Assembly: GCF_030028105.1 (NCBI RefSeq)
Contig: NC_092370.1
Span: forward strand, 222,810,005-222,874,004
Length of the DNA stretch: 64,000 nt
Source: Mobula birostris
Lineage: Eukaryota
Direction: 5' to 3'
The notes under the pieces are model-generated. The model made no database searches and was not told the origin of the DNA. It saw only the letters and a program-made list of their open reading frames with translations. The position numbers and the translations under genes are program-made. Positions 12,498 to 25,299 of this stretch are shown one piece after another (within the stretch, counting starts at the first letter, position 1; the number at the start of each line of letters is the position of its first letter).

Positions 12498-13008
12498 GCA
12501 CCTCTTCCTACAGATGCTGCCTGGCCTGCTGCGTTCACCAGCAACTTTGATGTGTGTTGCTTGAATTTCCAGCATCTGCAGAATTCCTGTTGTTTGCTGA
12601 TTTATTTATTACTTTTATTTGGCATTTGCACAGTCTGTTTTTTTTTTGGCCCATGGTTGTTTGTTGTCCTGTTGGGTGTGGTCTTTCATTGATTCTATTG
12701 TTTCTTGGATTTCTATGCTTTCTAATGTACCTCTGTAAAAATTCATCAGTGTCAAAGTGGACACGCCATATTTCTTTAATCCCCTGAGGAAGTAGAGATG
12801 CTGGTGAGCTTCCTTGGCTGTAGTGTCCACGTGGGCAGACCAGGACAAGTTGGTGAATTTACCATTACTTAAGAGTATTTATTCCAGCTGTACTTAACTA
12901 ATTGGATTTAAGTTCTCCAGTTGCTGCTTTATTGAATTGTAAAGCAGAGAAACCATTCAGCCCAGCTTGTCCATGTTGACCAATCTGAGCTAGTTCCATT
13001 GGTGTGTG

Positions 13009-13798
13009 CAGTGGATTCCCGTCAACTTCGCAATCATTTAATGTTTGGGACAAAGCTTAAAGAGCAAAACCTAATCAAGAGAATAGCTGGGATTCCCTTC
13101 CTTTATTTGGGACACTTTGCTACTTAATTGGGACAGGAGACTGTTCCCGAGCAGGTGTATGCACTTGTGTGGCTGTTAGACACTGCACCATGCTTAGAGC
13201 AGACAGTTTAGATAGTATCAGTTGCATGCGCTTGTGTTTTTTTTTTAAAAAAAAGCAGCGACTTTTGTTGCTGATCAATGGCAAGAAATAAAGCAATGAG
13301 ACAATTTAGAATTGTTCTGCTCACTGCGGTTTCAAGCATTCAGCTTGGAGATGCCAGAAACAGTCATCAGTGAAAATGAAATAATTTCAGTACTTCAAGT
13401 TAGAAACTGTGAAGAGTTTGAAGGTATTGACAGTCATCTTGAATGTTACAATGAAAATGAAGTCATTGGCACTGTATGAAGCAGCAGTCCATTATCTACA
13501 CTAGTTGTCTGTACTGATTTTGTTCATCAAAGGAACATGGCAGCGTACAGACACTGGATGAATTCCTCCGTCAATAACTATTAGAAAGTAGTACAGTTTT
13601 ATAATACTCTAGTATTGATAGTGTTCTAACTTGTTCTGTACTTCATTTAAATACATGATTTGTTCTTGTTAAATGGTAGTTTGTCTTTTTTTTTTGCCTT
13701 TTTAACGATTTCCATGAAACTTCGGCTAATTGGGGCATCCGCTTAATTGGGCCAAAACATACTGGTGCCGATGTGTCCCAAATAACTGGAATCCACTA
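13009..13798 (+). mobile_element. Tigger/pogo-like non-autonomous DNA transposon
   Basis: Inverted ends CAGTGGATTCC...GGAATCCACT; internal TI*NCSAHCGFKHS resembles the Tigger transposase C-terminus. Confidence 0.65.
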
Positions 13799-13809
13799 TA
13801 TTTCACCAT

Positions 13810-14505
13810 AAGACCACAAAAGATTGGAGTAATGTTGGGCCATTCGGCCCATTAAGTCTGTTCCACCATTCTGTTGTGGTTGATGTATTCTCTCTGTCAA
13901 AGCCATTCTTCTCAAACTTTGACACCCTTGCTGTCAACCTCTGCTTTAAATATACTCAGTAATTTGACCTTCACAGCCGTCTGTGGCAATGAATTCCACA
14001 GATTCGCAAACCTCTGGCTAAAGAAACTTCTCCTCATCTCTGTTCTACAGGGGCATCTTTCCATTTGGAAGCTGTGCCCTCCCCTTCTGGATTCTCCCAC
14101 TACTGGGAACATCCTCTCCTCGTTCATTCTATCCAGGCCTTTCAATATACGGTAGGTTTCAATGAGATCTCTCCTCATTCTTCCTAATTCCTGTGAGTAC
14201 AAGCCCAGAGCCATCAAATGCTCTTCATACATTAACTCCCTTATTCCCGGGATCATTCCTGTGAACCTCTTCTGTGGAGATATGGGGTCCGAAACTTCTC
14301 TCAATACTCCAAATGTGGTCTGAGCAATGTCTTATATACCCTTAGCATTACAGCCTTGATTGTACTGTTTATTCTAGTCCTCTCAAAATGAATGCTAACA
14401 TTGCATTTGCCTTCCTTACCACCAGCACAACCTGCAAGTTAACTTTGAGGGAATCTTGCACGAGGACTCCCGTTTTCCCCTTGCACCTCTGAGTTTTGAA
14501 TTTTC
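13810..14505 (-). mobile_element. CR1 LINE 3' fragment
   Basis: RFTGMIPG..LMYEEHLMALGLYS..DLIETYRIL..FFSQRFANLWNSLP. Confidence 0.85.
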
Positions 14506-16019
14506 AGTAATCCCAGTTATTGTAGGACTCTTTCTTCCTCTCACCGCCCATGTGTGTAGTCCATTTGGCTGAATTGGCTTAACCAATTTCCCCCGGGATT
14601 AATAAAGTATGACTATGACTACTATGACTATGAATGGCGAATGTCAGTCACAGGGCTGTACAGCACAGAGAATGGCCCTTCAGCCCTATGTGGCCACACT
14701 GACCTGGAGCTGTATCTACACTGACCTCCATTTCCCAATGTTAAGCCCACACCCATCCTGTCGTCCCACGTTACAGGAGCTGTCCAAGTGCCAAGCTGTC
14801 TGGGGGTCCGCATCCTTGGTGCTGCTTTTCAAGTGTAAGTGACTGTACTTGGTTTACTGTGTACAGTCTTGGTCACCTTGTTAATAGGAAAAAATGTCAT
14901 TAAACTGGAACGTCTTAATAGTTCTATAGTCATACAACAAGAAACAGGCCCTTCAGCCTGACCATGCCATGCTGACCACAGCATCTTCCCTGCTAGTCCC
15001 ATTTGCCCCTGTAAGCCTTTAGCCCTTCAAGCCACTCCCCTCTGTGTATCTATCCAAATGTCTTTTAAATGTTACAATTGTACTTGCCTCAACCACTTCC
15101 TCCGGCAGCTCATTTGAGGTGCTCACTACCCTCTGAGTAAAGGAGTTACCTCTTGGGTCTCGTTTAAATCTTTTCCTTTTTATCTTGTATCTGTGCCCTC
15201 CAGTTTTGGACTCCCCAATCCTGAAGAAAACACTATGACCATCCACCTTATCCACACTCCTCACAATTTTATAAACTTCCGTGAGGTCACCCCTCATTCC
15301 CCTGCACTCCAGGGAATAAAGATCCAGTGTGGCCAGCCCCTCCTTATTGCTCAAGCCCCTCTGGTCCAGTCAGTATCCTCATAAATGTCTTCTGCACCCC
15401 CTCCAGCTTGATAATGTCAAAGTGTGTGCAAAGGAGATTTACATGCAGCTTTAAATTCCTTGGTAACGTATTGGACAACCAGTCCTGGGCCAGCTTCTTT
15501 ACTTTCTTAGAAGGAAGGGGAGGGTTGGCTTATCACCAGACTCTCCACAAGTGTACTGTTGAATGTATCCTGACTGGTTTCAAGATCGAAAAGGTCGTAA
15601 ACCTGGCGGTGTAGGACTTCAGGCTTCTGTGCCATCTGCCCAACAGTAGCTGCAAGAAGATGGCATTGCCCGGATGTTGCCTCCTTGAGCCAGCGGCCTC
15701 TGTAGGTACTTCCGATGGTGGGGAGGGATGAGTGCGTGATGTATTGGACAGCTACTCTCTGCAGCTTCTTGTCTTCCTGAACTTTTGATTTGCTGTACCA
15801 GACCATGATGCTGCTGGTCAGGATACTTCCAAAAGTGCTCCTGTAGAAGTTTGTTAGAATGTTCGGTGACAAGTGAACCTCTTTAACCTCCTCAGAAACA
15901 AAAGACGCTAACGCGCCTTCCTTGCGATTTGCATCTGTGTGCTGGGCCCAGTACAGGTCGCCTGATCTCTGCCAGTGAGTCATGCACTGCCCCTGTGCAT
16001 CTGACCACCAAACACAAAA

Positions 16020-17050
16020 TGAAGTGGTAGTGTAGCGATCCGCGATCAGGGTTCAATTCCTGCAGCTGTCTGTAAAGAGTTTGCACATTCTCCCCGTGCC
16101 CCTGTGTGCTTCCTCCGTGTGCTCCCATTTCCTCCCACATTCCAAAGATGTAAGGGTTCGGGCAAATGATTTGTGGAAGTTCTGTGTTGGTGTTGGAAGC
16201 AGCTTGTGTCTGGTGTGTGAGAGGGTGGACGGGTGGGCAAGGAGCTTGTTTTTGCTGCTGTTGTCTTTATTGCTAAGCATGGCTGGCACGTTGTGTCGGT
16301 GATAGAATGTCTGGTGACACTGAAGGGCTTCCCCCAGCAAATCCTTGGTTATTGATGCTAAATGACACATTTCAATCGGTTTTGATGCAAAGCGACAAAT
16401 AAACTCATGTAGAAATAAAAATAAGGCGGCACAATGGTGGCTAGCATAACAGTTTGCAGCACCGGTGACCGGGCTTCATCCCGGCTGCCGTCTCTAAGAG
16501 TTTGTATATTCTCCCTGAATCGCCAGGGTGCTCCGCTTTCCTCCCCCATTCCACAGACGTACGAGTGGAGGTTTGTGAATTGCGGGCAAGCTGTGTTGGT
16601 GCTGGAAACATGATAACATGCATGGGCTGATTAAAAATGAGACTAGATTTACTTGTCACGTGTACAGTACATCGAAACAAACAGTGGAATAGATGGTTTG
16701 TGCTGACGATGTGCCGGGGGCTGCCCGCAAGTGTTGCCCTGCTTCCAGCGCCAACGTAGCGCGCTCGCAGCTTACCGACCCTGACTCGCGTGCGTTGGAA
16801 TGTGGGAGCACACCAGGGTAATCTGAGGAAGCCCACAGTCGTCACAGGAGAACATACAAACTCCTCAAAGACAGTGGTGGGAATTGAGGCCCGATCGCGG
16901 TCTGGCGTTGTGAAGTGTTATACTAACCCTTGTGCTACTGTGCCGTCCCTAACGGCGGGCTGGCTGCTGCACATCCTCGGACCGCTGTGTTAGTTGTGGG
17001 TGCACAATGACGTATTTCACTGTACATTTCAATGTAGCTGTGTCAAAGAA
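16020..17050. mobile_element. Cluster of V-SINEs (HE1-like) in both orientations
   Basis: tRNA-like heads and V-domain cores at about 16020-16400 (+), 16425-16620 (+) and 16780-16950 (-). Confidence 0.7.
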
Positions 17051-17154
17051 GTCTGATGTTGAAATAAAATACCTCTCGAGCTGATGCTGAGCTTTTGCTC
17101 TTTGCAGGAAGCCCTGGCGGGAGGAGGCGGGCCGTGGGGGGACACGTCCCGAGG

Positions 17155-19053
17155 ATGGCGCGGCCCAGCCACAGCGAATACGTCCTTCAGCAGCTGAACA
17201 ACCAGCGGGAGTGGGGCTTCCTCTGCGACTGCTGCATCATCATCGGCGACATCTACTTCCGCGCCCACCGTGCCGTGCTGACGGCCTGCAGCTCCTACTT
17301 CCGCATGCTGTTCATCGGTCAGCAGCAGCTGACGGGCGACCTCAGCCTGAGTCAGGCTCCCGTCACCGCCGAGTGCTTCGACCTCATTCTGCAACTCATG
17401 TACCTGGGCCGGCTGGTGGGCGTCCCCTCTGACTTCGAAGAACTTCGCTCGGCCATGACCTTCCTGCAGCTCTACTACGTCCCCCGGAGTCTGGAGGAGG
17501 TGCGGGAGGACAGTGCCCCCTCCCCGCCCTTCGGCCCGCCTAGAGGCTCCATGCTGTTCGGCGTCCGAATGCACGGCCTGCTGCCGGGTGATGGCAAGGT
17601 GCCCAGGGCCGGGCCCAAAGATCAGGCTGGTGATTCGGAGCTGAACGGGATGAGAGAGGCAGCGGCGGTGGCCGACACCAGCCCCGACAGGCCCAGCCGC
17701 AAGCCAAGCCGGGGCAATGGGCTGAAAGGGGGCCGGCTGCACCGGCGGTTTGGCCGCCGCTATACCTGTGACCGCTGTGGTTTTGTCTTCAGCTGCGAGC
17801 GGCTGCTGGACGAGCACTCGCTGACCTGTGACAGCCGCCGGGCCCTGCCCCAGCCCGGGGATCCACCGCTGGCCCGCGGCGGGGGGACGCTCACCCTGGA
17901 CACCATGGCAACAGCCGGGGAAGGAGGAGGCGAGGGAGAGGCGGACTGCACGCGGCCTGAGGTCAAAACAGAGCCCGAGGACACAGCGGCCACCAACCTT
18001 GGTGATCTGACGGTTGTGCAAGTGGCGGCTGAGGGCGAGCTGACTCCTGGCCTGGAGGAAGACCTGTCACCACCTTACAGCCACTTCGGCCAGCCGCCCC
18101 CTCCAGAGCGGGACCCGGGCAGCTGGACGGATGAGGAGGAGGAGGACGAGGAGGAGGACGGGGGCCTAAAGGAGGAGGACGAGGGGGCGGGGGCAGGTGG
18201 CAGCCCGCTGGGCCCGGCCTGTGAGCTGTGCGGCGTGGCGCTGCCCGAGAGTGAGCGGGCTGAGCACTATGTGGCCCACCACCGGGAGAGCGTGTGCGCC
18301 TGCGGCAAGTGCGGCCGCGTCCTGGTGAAAGGCGGCCGCCTGCAGGAGCACGCCGAGCGATGCCTGGGTACCGGCGATCAGGGCCTGGGCCTGGAACAGC
18401 CGCCGGAGGAGGCCTGCGCCTGCCCAGTGTGTGGGCAGGCCTTCCCCGCCTCGTGGCAGCTGGAGGAACACATGCAAGAGCATCAGGTGGCCGAGGAGAC
18501 GGTGGGGGTGACCCCTGACGCCACCTACCGCTGCCCTCACTGTCCGCTGGCCTTCGAGGAGGAGCGGCCATGGGCCGAGCACATGGCGCGATGCGGGCCG
18601 AGCCCGCCTGGGCCAGAGGGGGGGTCGTCGCCCCGCCGCCGGCATGTCTGCCAGCTGTGCGGCCGGGGCTTCTACCAGCGCTGCCACCTGCGAGAACACC
18701 AGGCCACGCACACCCGGGAGCGCGAGTTTACCTGCCCGCTCTGCGGCAAGAGCTTCCTGCGCGAGCGGCTGCTGCGGCTGCACCTGGACATGCACAGGGG
18801 CGAGGCCCGCTACGTGTGCCCGTGCTGCGGCCAGGGCAGTTACCGCAAGCAGGAGCACCTGCGGCACCTGGCCTCGCACCTGGTCGCCGGGCAGGCCCTC
18901 TGCGAAGTCTGCTTCCAGGTGCAGGCCGATGGCCGCATGCTGGAGCGCCACATGCAACTGCACATGCACACCTGCCCGCAGTGCGGTGACCGCTTCAAGC
19001 TCAAGAAGGACCTGAGCACCCACCAGCTCACCAGCCACACCAAGAGGGCATGA
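17155..19053 (+). CDS. ZBTB1: ZBTB1-like BTB/POZ zinc-finger transcription factor, 632 aa, single coding exon
   Basis: MARPSHSEYVLQQLNNQREWGFLCDCC, AECFDLILQ.MYLG, MLFGVRM, RRFGR.YTCD.CGF.FSCE.LLDEH.LTC and GFYQRCHLREH...FLRER.LRLH.DMH all match ZBTB1 as recalled; acceptor at 17107/17108; good Kozak context (AGGATGG). Confidence 0.92.
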   Translation: MARPSHSEYVLQQLNNQREWGFLCDCCIIIGDIYFRAHRAVLTACSSYFRMLFIGQQQLTGDLSLSQAPVTAECFDLILQLMYLGRLVGVPSDFEELRSAMTFLQLYYVPRSLEEVREDSAPSPPFGPPRGSMLFGVRMHGLLPGDGKVPRAGPKDQAGDSELNGMREAAAVADTSPDRPSRKPSRGNGLKGGRLHRRFGRRYTCDRCGFVFSCERLLDEHSLTCDSRRALPQPGDPPLARGGGTLTLDTMATAGEGGGEGEADCTRPEVKTEPEDTAATNLGDLTVVQVAAEGELTPGLEEDLSPPYSHFGQPPPPERDPGSWTDEEEEDEEEDGGLKEEDEGAGAGGSPLGPACELCGVALPESERAEHYVAHHRESVCACGKCGRVLVKGGRLQEHAERCLGTGDQGLGLEQPPEEACACPVCGQAFPASWQLEEHMQEHQVAEETVGVTPDATYRCPHCPLAFEEERPWAEHMARCGPSPPGPEGGSSPRRRHVCQLCGRGFYQRCHLREHQATHTREREFTCPLCGKSFLRERLLRLHLDMHRGEARYVCPCCGQGSYRKQEHLRHLASHLVAGQALCEVCFQVQADGRMLERHMQLHMHTCPQCGDRFKLKKDLSTHQLTSHTKRA

Positions 19054-20038
19054 CACGGGGGGCAGAGGTAGGAAGGAGATGCCTGCCTCTGGCAACCCCA
19101 TACTCCCACCCCCCAGGGGCAACCTTGCTTGTCGTGATTGGGTCTGGCCTCTGATATGTTTCAAGGGATTTCTCCCCCTGCCTGTCCTCTTTCCCCTCCA
19201 TGCTCCCTGCCAAACCCTCCCTCCTCCCTCCCCTCCCTGCTCCCCGCCGTCCCCTCCCTCCTCCCTCCCTTCCCTGCTCCCCGCCGTTCCCTCCTCCCTC
19301 TCCTCCCTCCCCTCCCTCCTCTCTCTCACCCTGCCGAAAGGGATTGGGTAAACTCTGGAGCTCAGAGTCCAGCACGCGGAGTCAGTTTACCTGACCCCGA
19401 GGCCGAGCAAACATGCCCTTCAACATAACCATTGGCTTTGCCAGTAATGGCCAAGTAGTGGGAGTGATTATTTAAAAAAAAAGGTGGAGTGTGGGAAGAG
19501 AAGGAAGAGGTTGGGTTGTCTACACTGGGCCAAAGACAAACGATGGAGGGAGGACTGAGGGAGTGTAAGAGTGCAAGGTGTTCTGACAGATCTAGGTGTA
19601 GCAGGGTCAGATGGACTTGAAGCATTCTCAGGGCAGCTCCTTGGCCGGCGTGGGTGGGTGGGGAGGTGTAGTGGTTGGGGGGGGGGGGGGGTAGTCCTGC
19701 AAGACGAAACAGAAGAACGGTGGGTTTATCATCTAGGTGCTCCTGAAGTCCTTTGGTCAGGAGACTTTCTCCCTTTCTGCCCCCCCCCCCCCCGGGTTCA
19801 GTTCTCTGAAGTCTTTACCTCCGGGCAGTTGTCCAGCGTCATTACTGATGCTGGGGGAGCCAGTACACCTCTGTCGTCTGGCTACAGAGAATGTTTTGCT
19901 TATTGGTTATTACTTTTTATCTTGGGCCTCCTTAAAGCCTTACAAAAGCAATACATAAAATGAACTGTAAATCATTGTACTGTTTTTTCAGAGCCTCGGT
20001 AGAATGTTTAAATCCTATTTCATTTCTTATTCCATTTT

Positions 20039-20044
20039 AATAAA
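20039..20044 (+). terminator. Probable polyadenylation signal of ZBTB1-like gene
   Basis: AATAAA about 1 kb after the stop in an AT-rich UTR end, followed by a GT/T-rich tract. Confidence 0.65.
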
Positions 20045-23000
20045 GTTCTGTATGTAAACGGTGACATTAACATTGTGTTTCCTGTTCATGTCTCTCCCGC
20101 ACAGCCTTGGTTATAGAATGTTGAACAGTATAGCACTGTACAGACTGTCTGGCCCGTTGTGTTGTGCTGATTGACACGGGGGTGTCATGGTAGCGTAACA
20201 CTTGCAGCAACAGCTGTAAGATCAGGGTTCGGTTCCTGCAGCTGTCTGTACTGTGACCATGGGGGTTTCCTCTGGGTGCTCTGGTTTCCTCCCACACTCC
20301 AAAAATGTACAGTTTAGGGTTAGTAAGCTGTGGGCATGCTATGGAGACATGGTGGCACCCAGCACAATTCTCACTGGTTTGATTTGATGCGAATGATCCA
20401 TTTCACTGTATGCTTCAATGTACATGTGACATATAAAGCTAAACTTTATATGTCCTCCACCTCCTTATCATCCGTATCCCTCCATTCCCTTCATGTGTCT
20501 GTCTGAGCCTTCTAAACTCCACCAATCTCCCTGTTCCCATTGTTACCCTGGCACCTACCACTCTCTGCATCATCATACCACGTTTCACCCTTGGTCCCCT
20601 ATATCAAAGTTCAAAGTGCGTTTATTATCAAATTATGTATACTATACACAACCTTGAGGCTCATTTTCTTGCAGATGCCCACAAAAAAACAGAAATACAA
20701 AGAATCTACACAAAAAGCATAGAAAACCTACAGCACAATACGGGCCCCTCAGCCCACAAAGTTGTCCCTATCTTAGAAATTACCTCAGGTTACCTATAGC
20801 TCTCTATTTTTCTAAGCTCCATGTACCTATCCAGGAGTCAATGAAAAGACCCTATTGTATCCACCTCCACCACCGTTGCCGGCAGCCCATTTCACACACT
20901 CACCACTCTCGAGTTAAAAAAAACTTAGCCCTGACATCTCCTCTGTACCTACTCCCCAGCACCTTAAAACTGCCCTCTCGTGGCAGCCATTTCAGCCCTG
21001 GGAAAAAGCCTCTGACTATCCACACGATCAATGCCTCTCATCATCTTATACACCTCTTAAAACAACATCCAATGTGTAAAAGGGGGCAAATTGTGCAAAT
21101 AATAATTTAAAAAAATGAAGTAACTCCTCGAGCATGAGCTGTGGACCCTCCGAGGTGAGTCCGCAGGCTCTGAGGTCAGTTCAGTGCTGAGGGGCGTGAA
21201 GCCGGTCCGGGAGCCCAATGGCTACAGGGCAACAACTGCTCCTGAACCTGGTGGCGGAGAGCCAAGGCTCCTGCCTGATGGTAATAGTGAGAAGAGGGTG
21301 AGACGGGCAGACGGAATGGGCTCAGGTGGGGCATTTTGGCTGGCACGGACTGAACACCAGCCTGTTTTCCGCCCTTGGGCCTTGTGCTTTAATCTGGCGT
21401 GACCTCCACCCAGGCAATGGCTGTCCCAGGTGCTGTACCTGCATTTTGCTGAATCCTTCCTGTCCTCTAGTAAAAATAAAATATGTTCTCTAGTGCTGAG
21501 AAAAGATTCCACCTGTCTGTGTCCCAATTTTAAAAGCTCCTGGCAGGTTTCCCCTCTGCCTCTGCTACTGCAGAGAAAACAACCCAACTTTGTCCAGCCT
21601 TGCCTTCTATCTCATACCCTCTAATCCAGGCAGCATCCTGGTGAACCTCTTAGAGACCTTCTCCGAAGCCTCCACATCCTTCCTGCAATAGGGTGACCAG
21701 AAATGCTGAGACATGCAGGATGGAAACGGGCACTATGGCCCCACTGGCCAATACCAGCTAAGCTAGTGCCATTTCCCCATGTTTGGCCCTTATTCCATAG
21801 CGATAAACCTTTCGGATCCATGTGCCTGTCCAAGTCTCTTCTAATGTACCTGCCTCTAGTTTCCCCTGCAGTTTCTTCTGTATTCTGGCCAATCTCTGGT
21901 TTTTAAAGTTTTCCTCAGCCTATTAAATCTTAAGAGTTTCTGCAGATGCTGGAAATCCTGAGCAACACACACAAAATGCAAGGGAAATTCAGCAAGTCAG
22001 GTAGTATCTATGGAGGATGTTTCAGACAGACTCGTCATGAGTACCTATTGAATCTTTCTCCTCACCTTAAACCTTTAATTAATTAAATTAATTAATTAAG
22101 CCTTTAATTCTCGATTCCCTAAACATGGGGAAACAGATTGTACATTTACCCTACCTAACCCTAATGATTTTATACACCTCTCTAAAATCACCCCTGGTAC
22201 TCCTGTCTTCCGAGGAGTGATGTATCAACTTGTTCATATCTCAGCCCCTCGAATCTTGGCAACATCTTTGTAAATCTCTGCACTCTTTCCAACTTAATGC
22301 CATTTTTTAAAACAAAATTATAAAAGTTTATCTACAACACATATACACAAATGTACAGACAATCAATATTTACAAAGATAGTAAGTATATTCAAATTAAA
22401 ATATGGTTACTACCGTCTATAAAACAGTCTATACCACGGGGGAACCGCTGCTCAATGCAATCCTTCCTACAGCAGGGTGAATCAAGACGGAGCACAGTAT
22501 TAGAAATGGCAACGTTGTGTACAACTGAACCCTCGAGAGGGCCCGTCACCCAGCCCAAGGAGCTATTTAACTGTGGGGGAAATTGTTGAGATGGATGCAA
22601 GCTGTGACACTGAAGGAACTAGGCAACACACATCAAACTGGGCAGTGGTTTGAGGATGGAGCAGGTGTCTAGGAAGTACAATGCAGAACCTATGTTACTG
22701 GTTTATCAGGTAGGAGTATTGCTCTTTCTATGCAGCCTCGAGCACATTTTATATATGAATACTGAGAGGCCTAGATGGAGCGGATGGGGAAAGGCTGTTT
22801 CCTATAGCGGACAGTCTAGCTCAGAATTGAAGGCTGTCCCTTTGGAACACCAGTGAGCAGAACTTTAGGCAGAGAGTGGTGAATTTGTGGAATTCGTTGC
22901 CTCAGACGGCTGTAGGAACCAAGTCATCGGGGAATTTAAGCCAGAAATTGATAGGTTCTTGATTACTAAATGGGTTAAAGGGTATGATGGTGGCGTAGAC

Positions 23001-23079
23001 TAGAAGAGTCGAATGACCTGAAGTTTTTAGGCACTGTAGCTGTCCACTTGAAACAATCTAGAAACAAAGTGTGCACTTC

Positions 23080-23370
23080 AGCCCCGAACGGTGCTCACCG
23101 GTCTGAGAGGGTCTTCCGAGTCCTATGGGACCTGGAGTACCCTCTCTCCGGGGACATCTGGGCTCAGAAGCGGAAGTCAGTCAGCCTGCTGCCGGGTCCT
23201 GTGAGTGACCACCCCGGCCAGGCCGATGAGGAGGTCCTCCGAGGGAGCAGGAGTGTGGCTGAGGTGTCTCAAAAGCTCCTTAAGAAATTCAAATCAGGGC
23301 CCTGCAACTCTTCACACCCCGTACTTGTGTGGAACACGAACCCCTCCAGGGGCCAGCAGAGGCAGTTGAC
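23080..23370 (-). mobile_element. Tx1-clade (L1) LINE ORF2 C-terminal fragment
   Basis: Minus strand CLC..LEGFVFH...CEELQ / EFLKELL..EDLLIGLA.VV.HRTRQQA / DR*APFG resembles the Tx1 ORF2 zinc-finger tail; frameshifted. Confidence 0.65.
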
Positions 23371-25299
23371 TGAGCTATACTAAAAACCCGTCACGCAGCA
23401 CCGCTCCGTGCAACACCCCGGCCCAGATTCTGAATGTAAATACCACAACACGCACTGTAGACCATTTGCCCACTGAGTCTGCTCCGCCATTCGATCATGG
23501 TTGATTTACTAACCCTCTCAAGTTTCAATGTTCCCTCTATTTCTCTACAGCTACGCAGCATTGCTCCGAGCGGAAACTTTACACGGGCCTGAAAACTGCG
23601 CGGCACTTAAAACGTTTTGTTTGTAATGTGCATACTATGAATAGTTAGAAAGAAAATTGAAAAATCACATACTTTTGATTTTATTTCTTAATTGGAAGGC
23701 ATGAAATACAGTACAACAAAGAAATTCGTTCAAATTTCGTAAACTTAGACTTAGATGGCGTCGACAGCGGTCTGGTGGGTTTATTAATGAGCTACCGACT
23801 TCCACTGTGTTTATTGATACAATTAGCAAGTGTTATAACTTGAAACAGTGAGAATGTAAATACGTTGAATCGCTATGTAAAGGTGATACATTTATTATTT
23901 AGAAAGTTTGGGGATTATATTCATTTACACATAATTACAGGGTATTTCAAAATCATGTTAGCAATATACAAAAGAAAATTCCAACTGCACGGCCGCGGAC
24001 CCACGCGGTTTGGGTGGGGGAAACAATGGAGTCTCAACCCCATTCTCCAACATTCGGCCCCATAACCTTTAACGCCCATACTAATCAAAAATCTACCAAA
24101 CTCCACTTTAAATATACCCAATGACCTGTCCCCTACCGCCATCTGTGGCAATGAATTCTGGATCCACCACCCTCCAGCTAAAGAAATCCCTCCTCATCCC
24201 TTCTAAAGGGACACTCTTGTATTCTGAGGCTGTGCCTTCTCGTGCTAGACTCCCCCATTATAGGAAACATCCTTACCACATCCATTCTATGAAGATTTTT
24301 CAATATTCGACAGATTTCAATGAGATCCTCTTCATTGTGCCTCTACTTGGGAGTTTGCAAAGATTCAGCACGGCATCTAAAACTTTGACGAAGTTCTTAC
24401 AGATGTGTGGTGGAAAGCACATTGACTGGTTGCATCGCAGCCTGGTGTGTAAACATCAATGTGCTTGAATGAAAGATGCTACAAAGTGTAGTGGATACAG
24501 CCCATTCCATCACAGGTACAGCTCTCCCCAAAGTTGAGCACATCTACATGGAGTGTTGTTGCAGGAAAGCATCATCCATCGTCGGGGCGGGGGGAACATA
24601 TTCTCTTCTCACTGCTGCCATCAGGAAAGGGTACAGAAGCCTCAGGATTCACACCACCAGGTTCAGGAACTGTTATTACCTCTCAACCATTGGCCCTTGA
24701 ACCAAGGGGGATAACTTCACTCACCCCATCACTGAAACGTTCCCACAGCCTATCGACTCACTTTCAAGGTCTCTTCTACTGTTGTCAACTTTTATTGCCC
24801 ATTTCAAGATTCAAAGTACATTTATTATCAAGGAATGTATAAATTATACAACCTTGAGATTTGTTTGCTCACAGGTAGCCACAAAGCAAGAAACCCTAAA
24901 GAAACCAATTAAAGAGAAAAAATAAAGACCAATACCAGAAGCACAAGAAATCATGCAAGTAATTGAAGCGAAGAACAACATTCTGAACCAAAATTTAGTC
25001 CTCAGAGCGGCCCAAAGCCTCTCCAATACCAGCACATGCTTTCTTATTGTAGATAACAGGCCTAAAACTGACCACAATACAGTACTCTTAAGTACTCTAA
25101 ATGGGGTCTGACCAGTGCCTTATAAAGTCTCAGCAATACATTCTTGCTTTTATATTCCAGTCTCTTGAAATAAAGGCCAATATTGCATTTGCCTTCCTTA
25201 TTACTGACTTAACCTGCAAGTACCCCCCCCCCCCCCCACCCACTGTTAGATAGCAGAATCGATCACCCAATTTCCCTCGGGATCAATAAAGTATCTATC

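Noticed and set aside
16020-16620. tRNA genes
   Set aside because: Pol III box-like heads continue into SINE V-domains; no full cloverleaf.
17095-17154. ORF-track N-terminal extension of ZBTB1 (652 aa)
   Set aside because: Starts at a TTG within the splice acceptor tract; the homologous start is ATG 17155.
17029-19329. Long antisense ORFs (330, 202, 387 aa) over ZBTB1
   Set aside because: Expected shadow frames of a very GC-rich CDS; low-complexity translations with no recognisable domain.
23048-23383. 111-aa + strand ORF as a novel gene
   Set aside because: The opposite strand resembles decayed Tx1 ORF2.
23526-24028. hAT-like MITE with CAATGTTCCCTC ends
   Set aside because: Right end is degenerate and no TSD found; plausible but not supportable as a feature.
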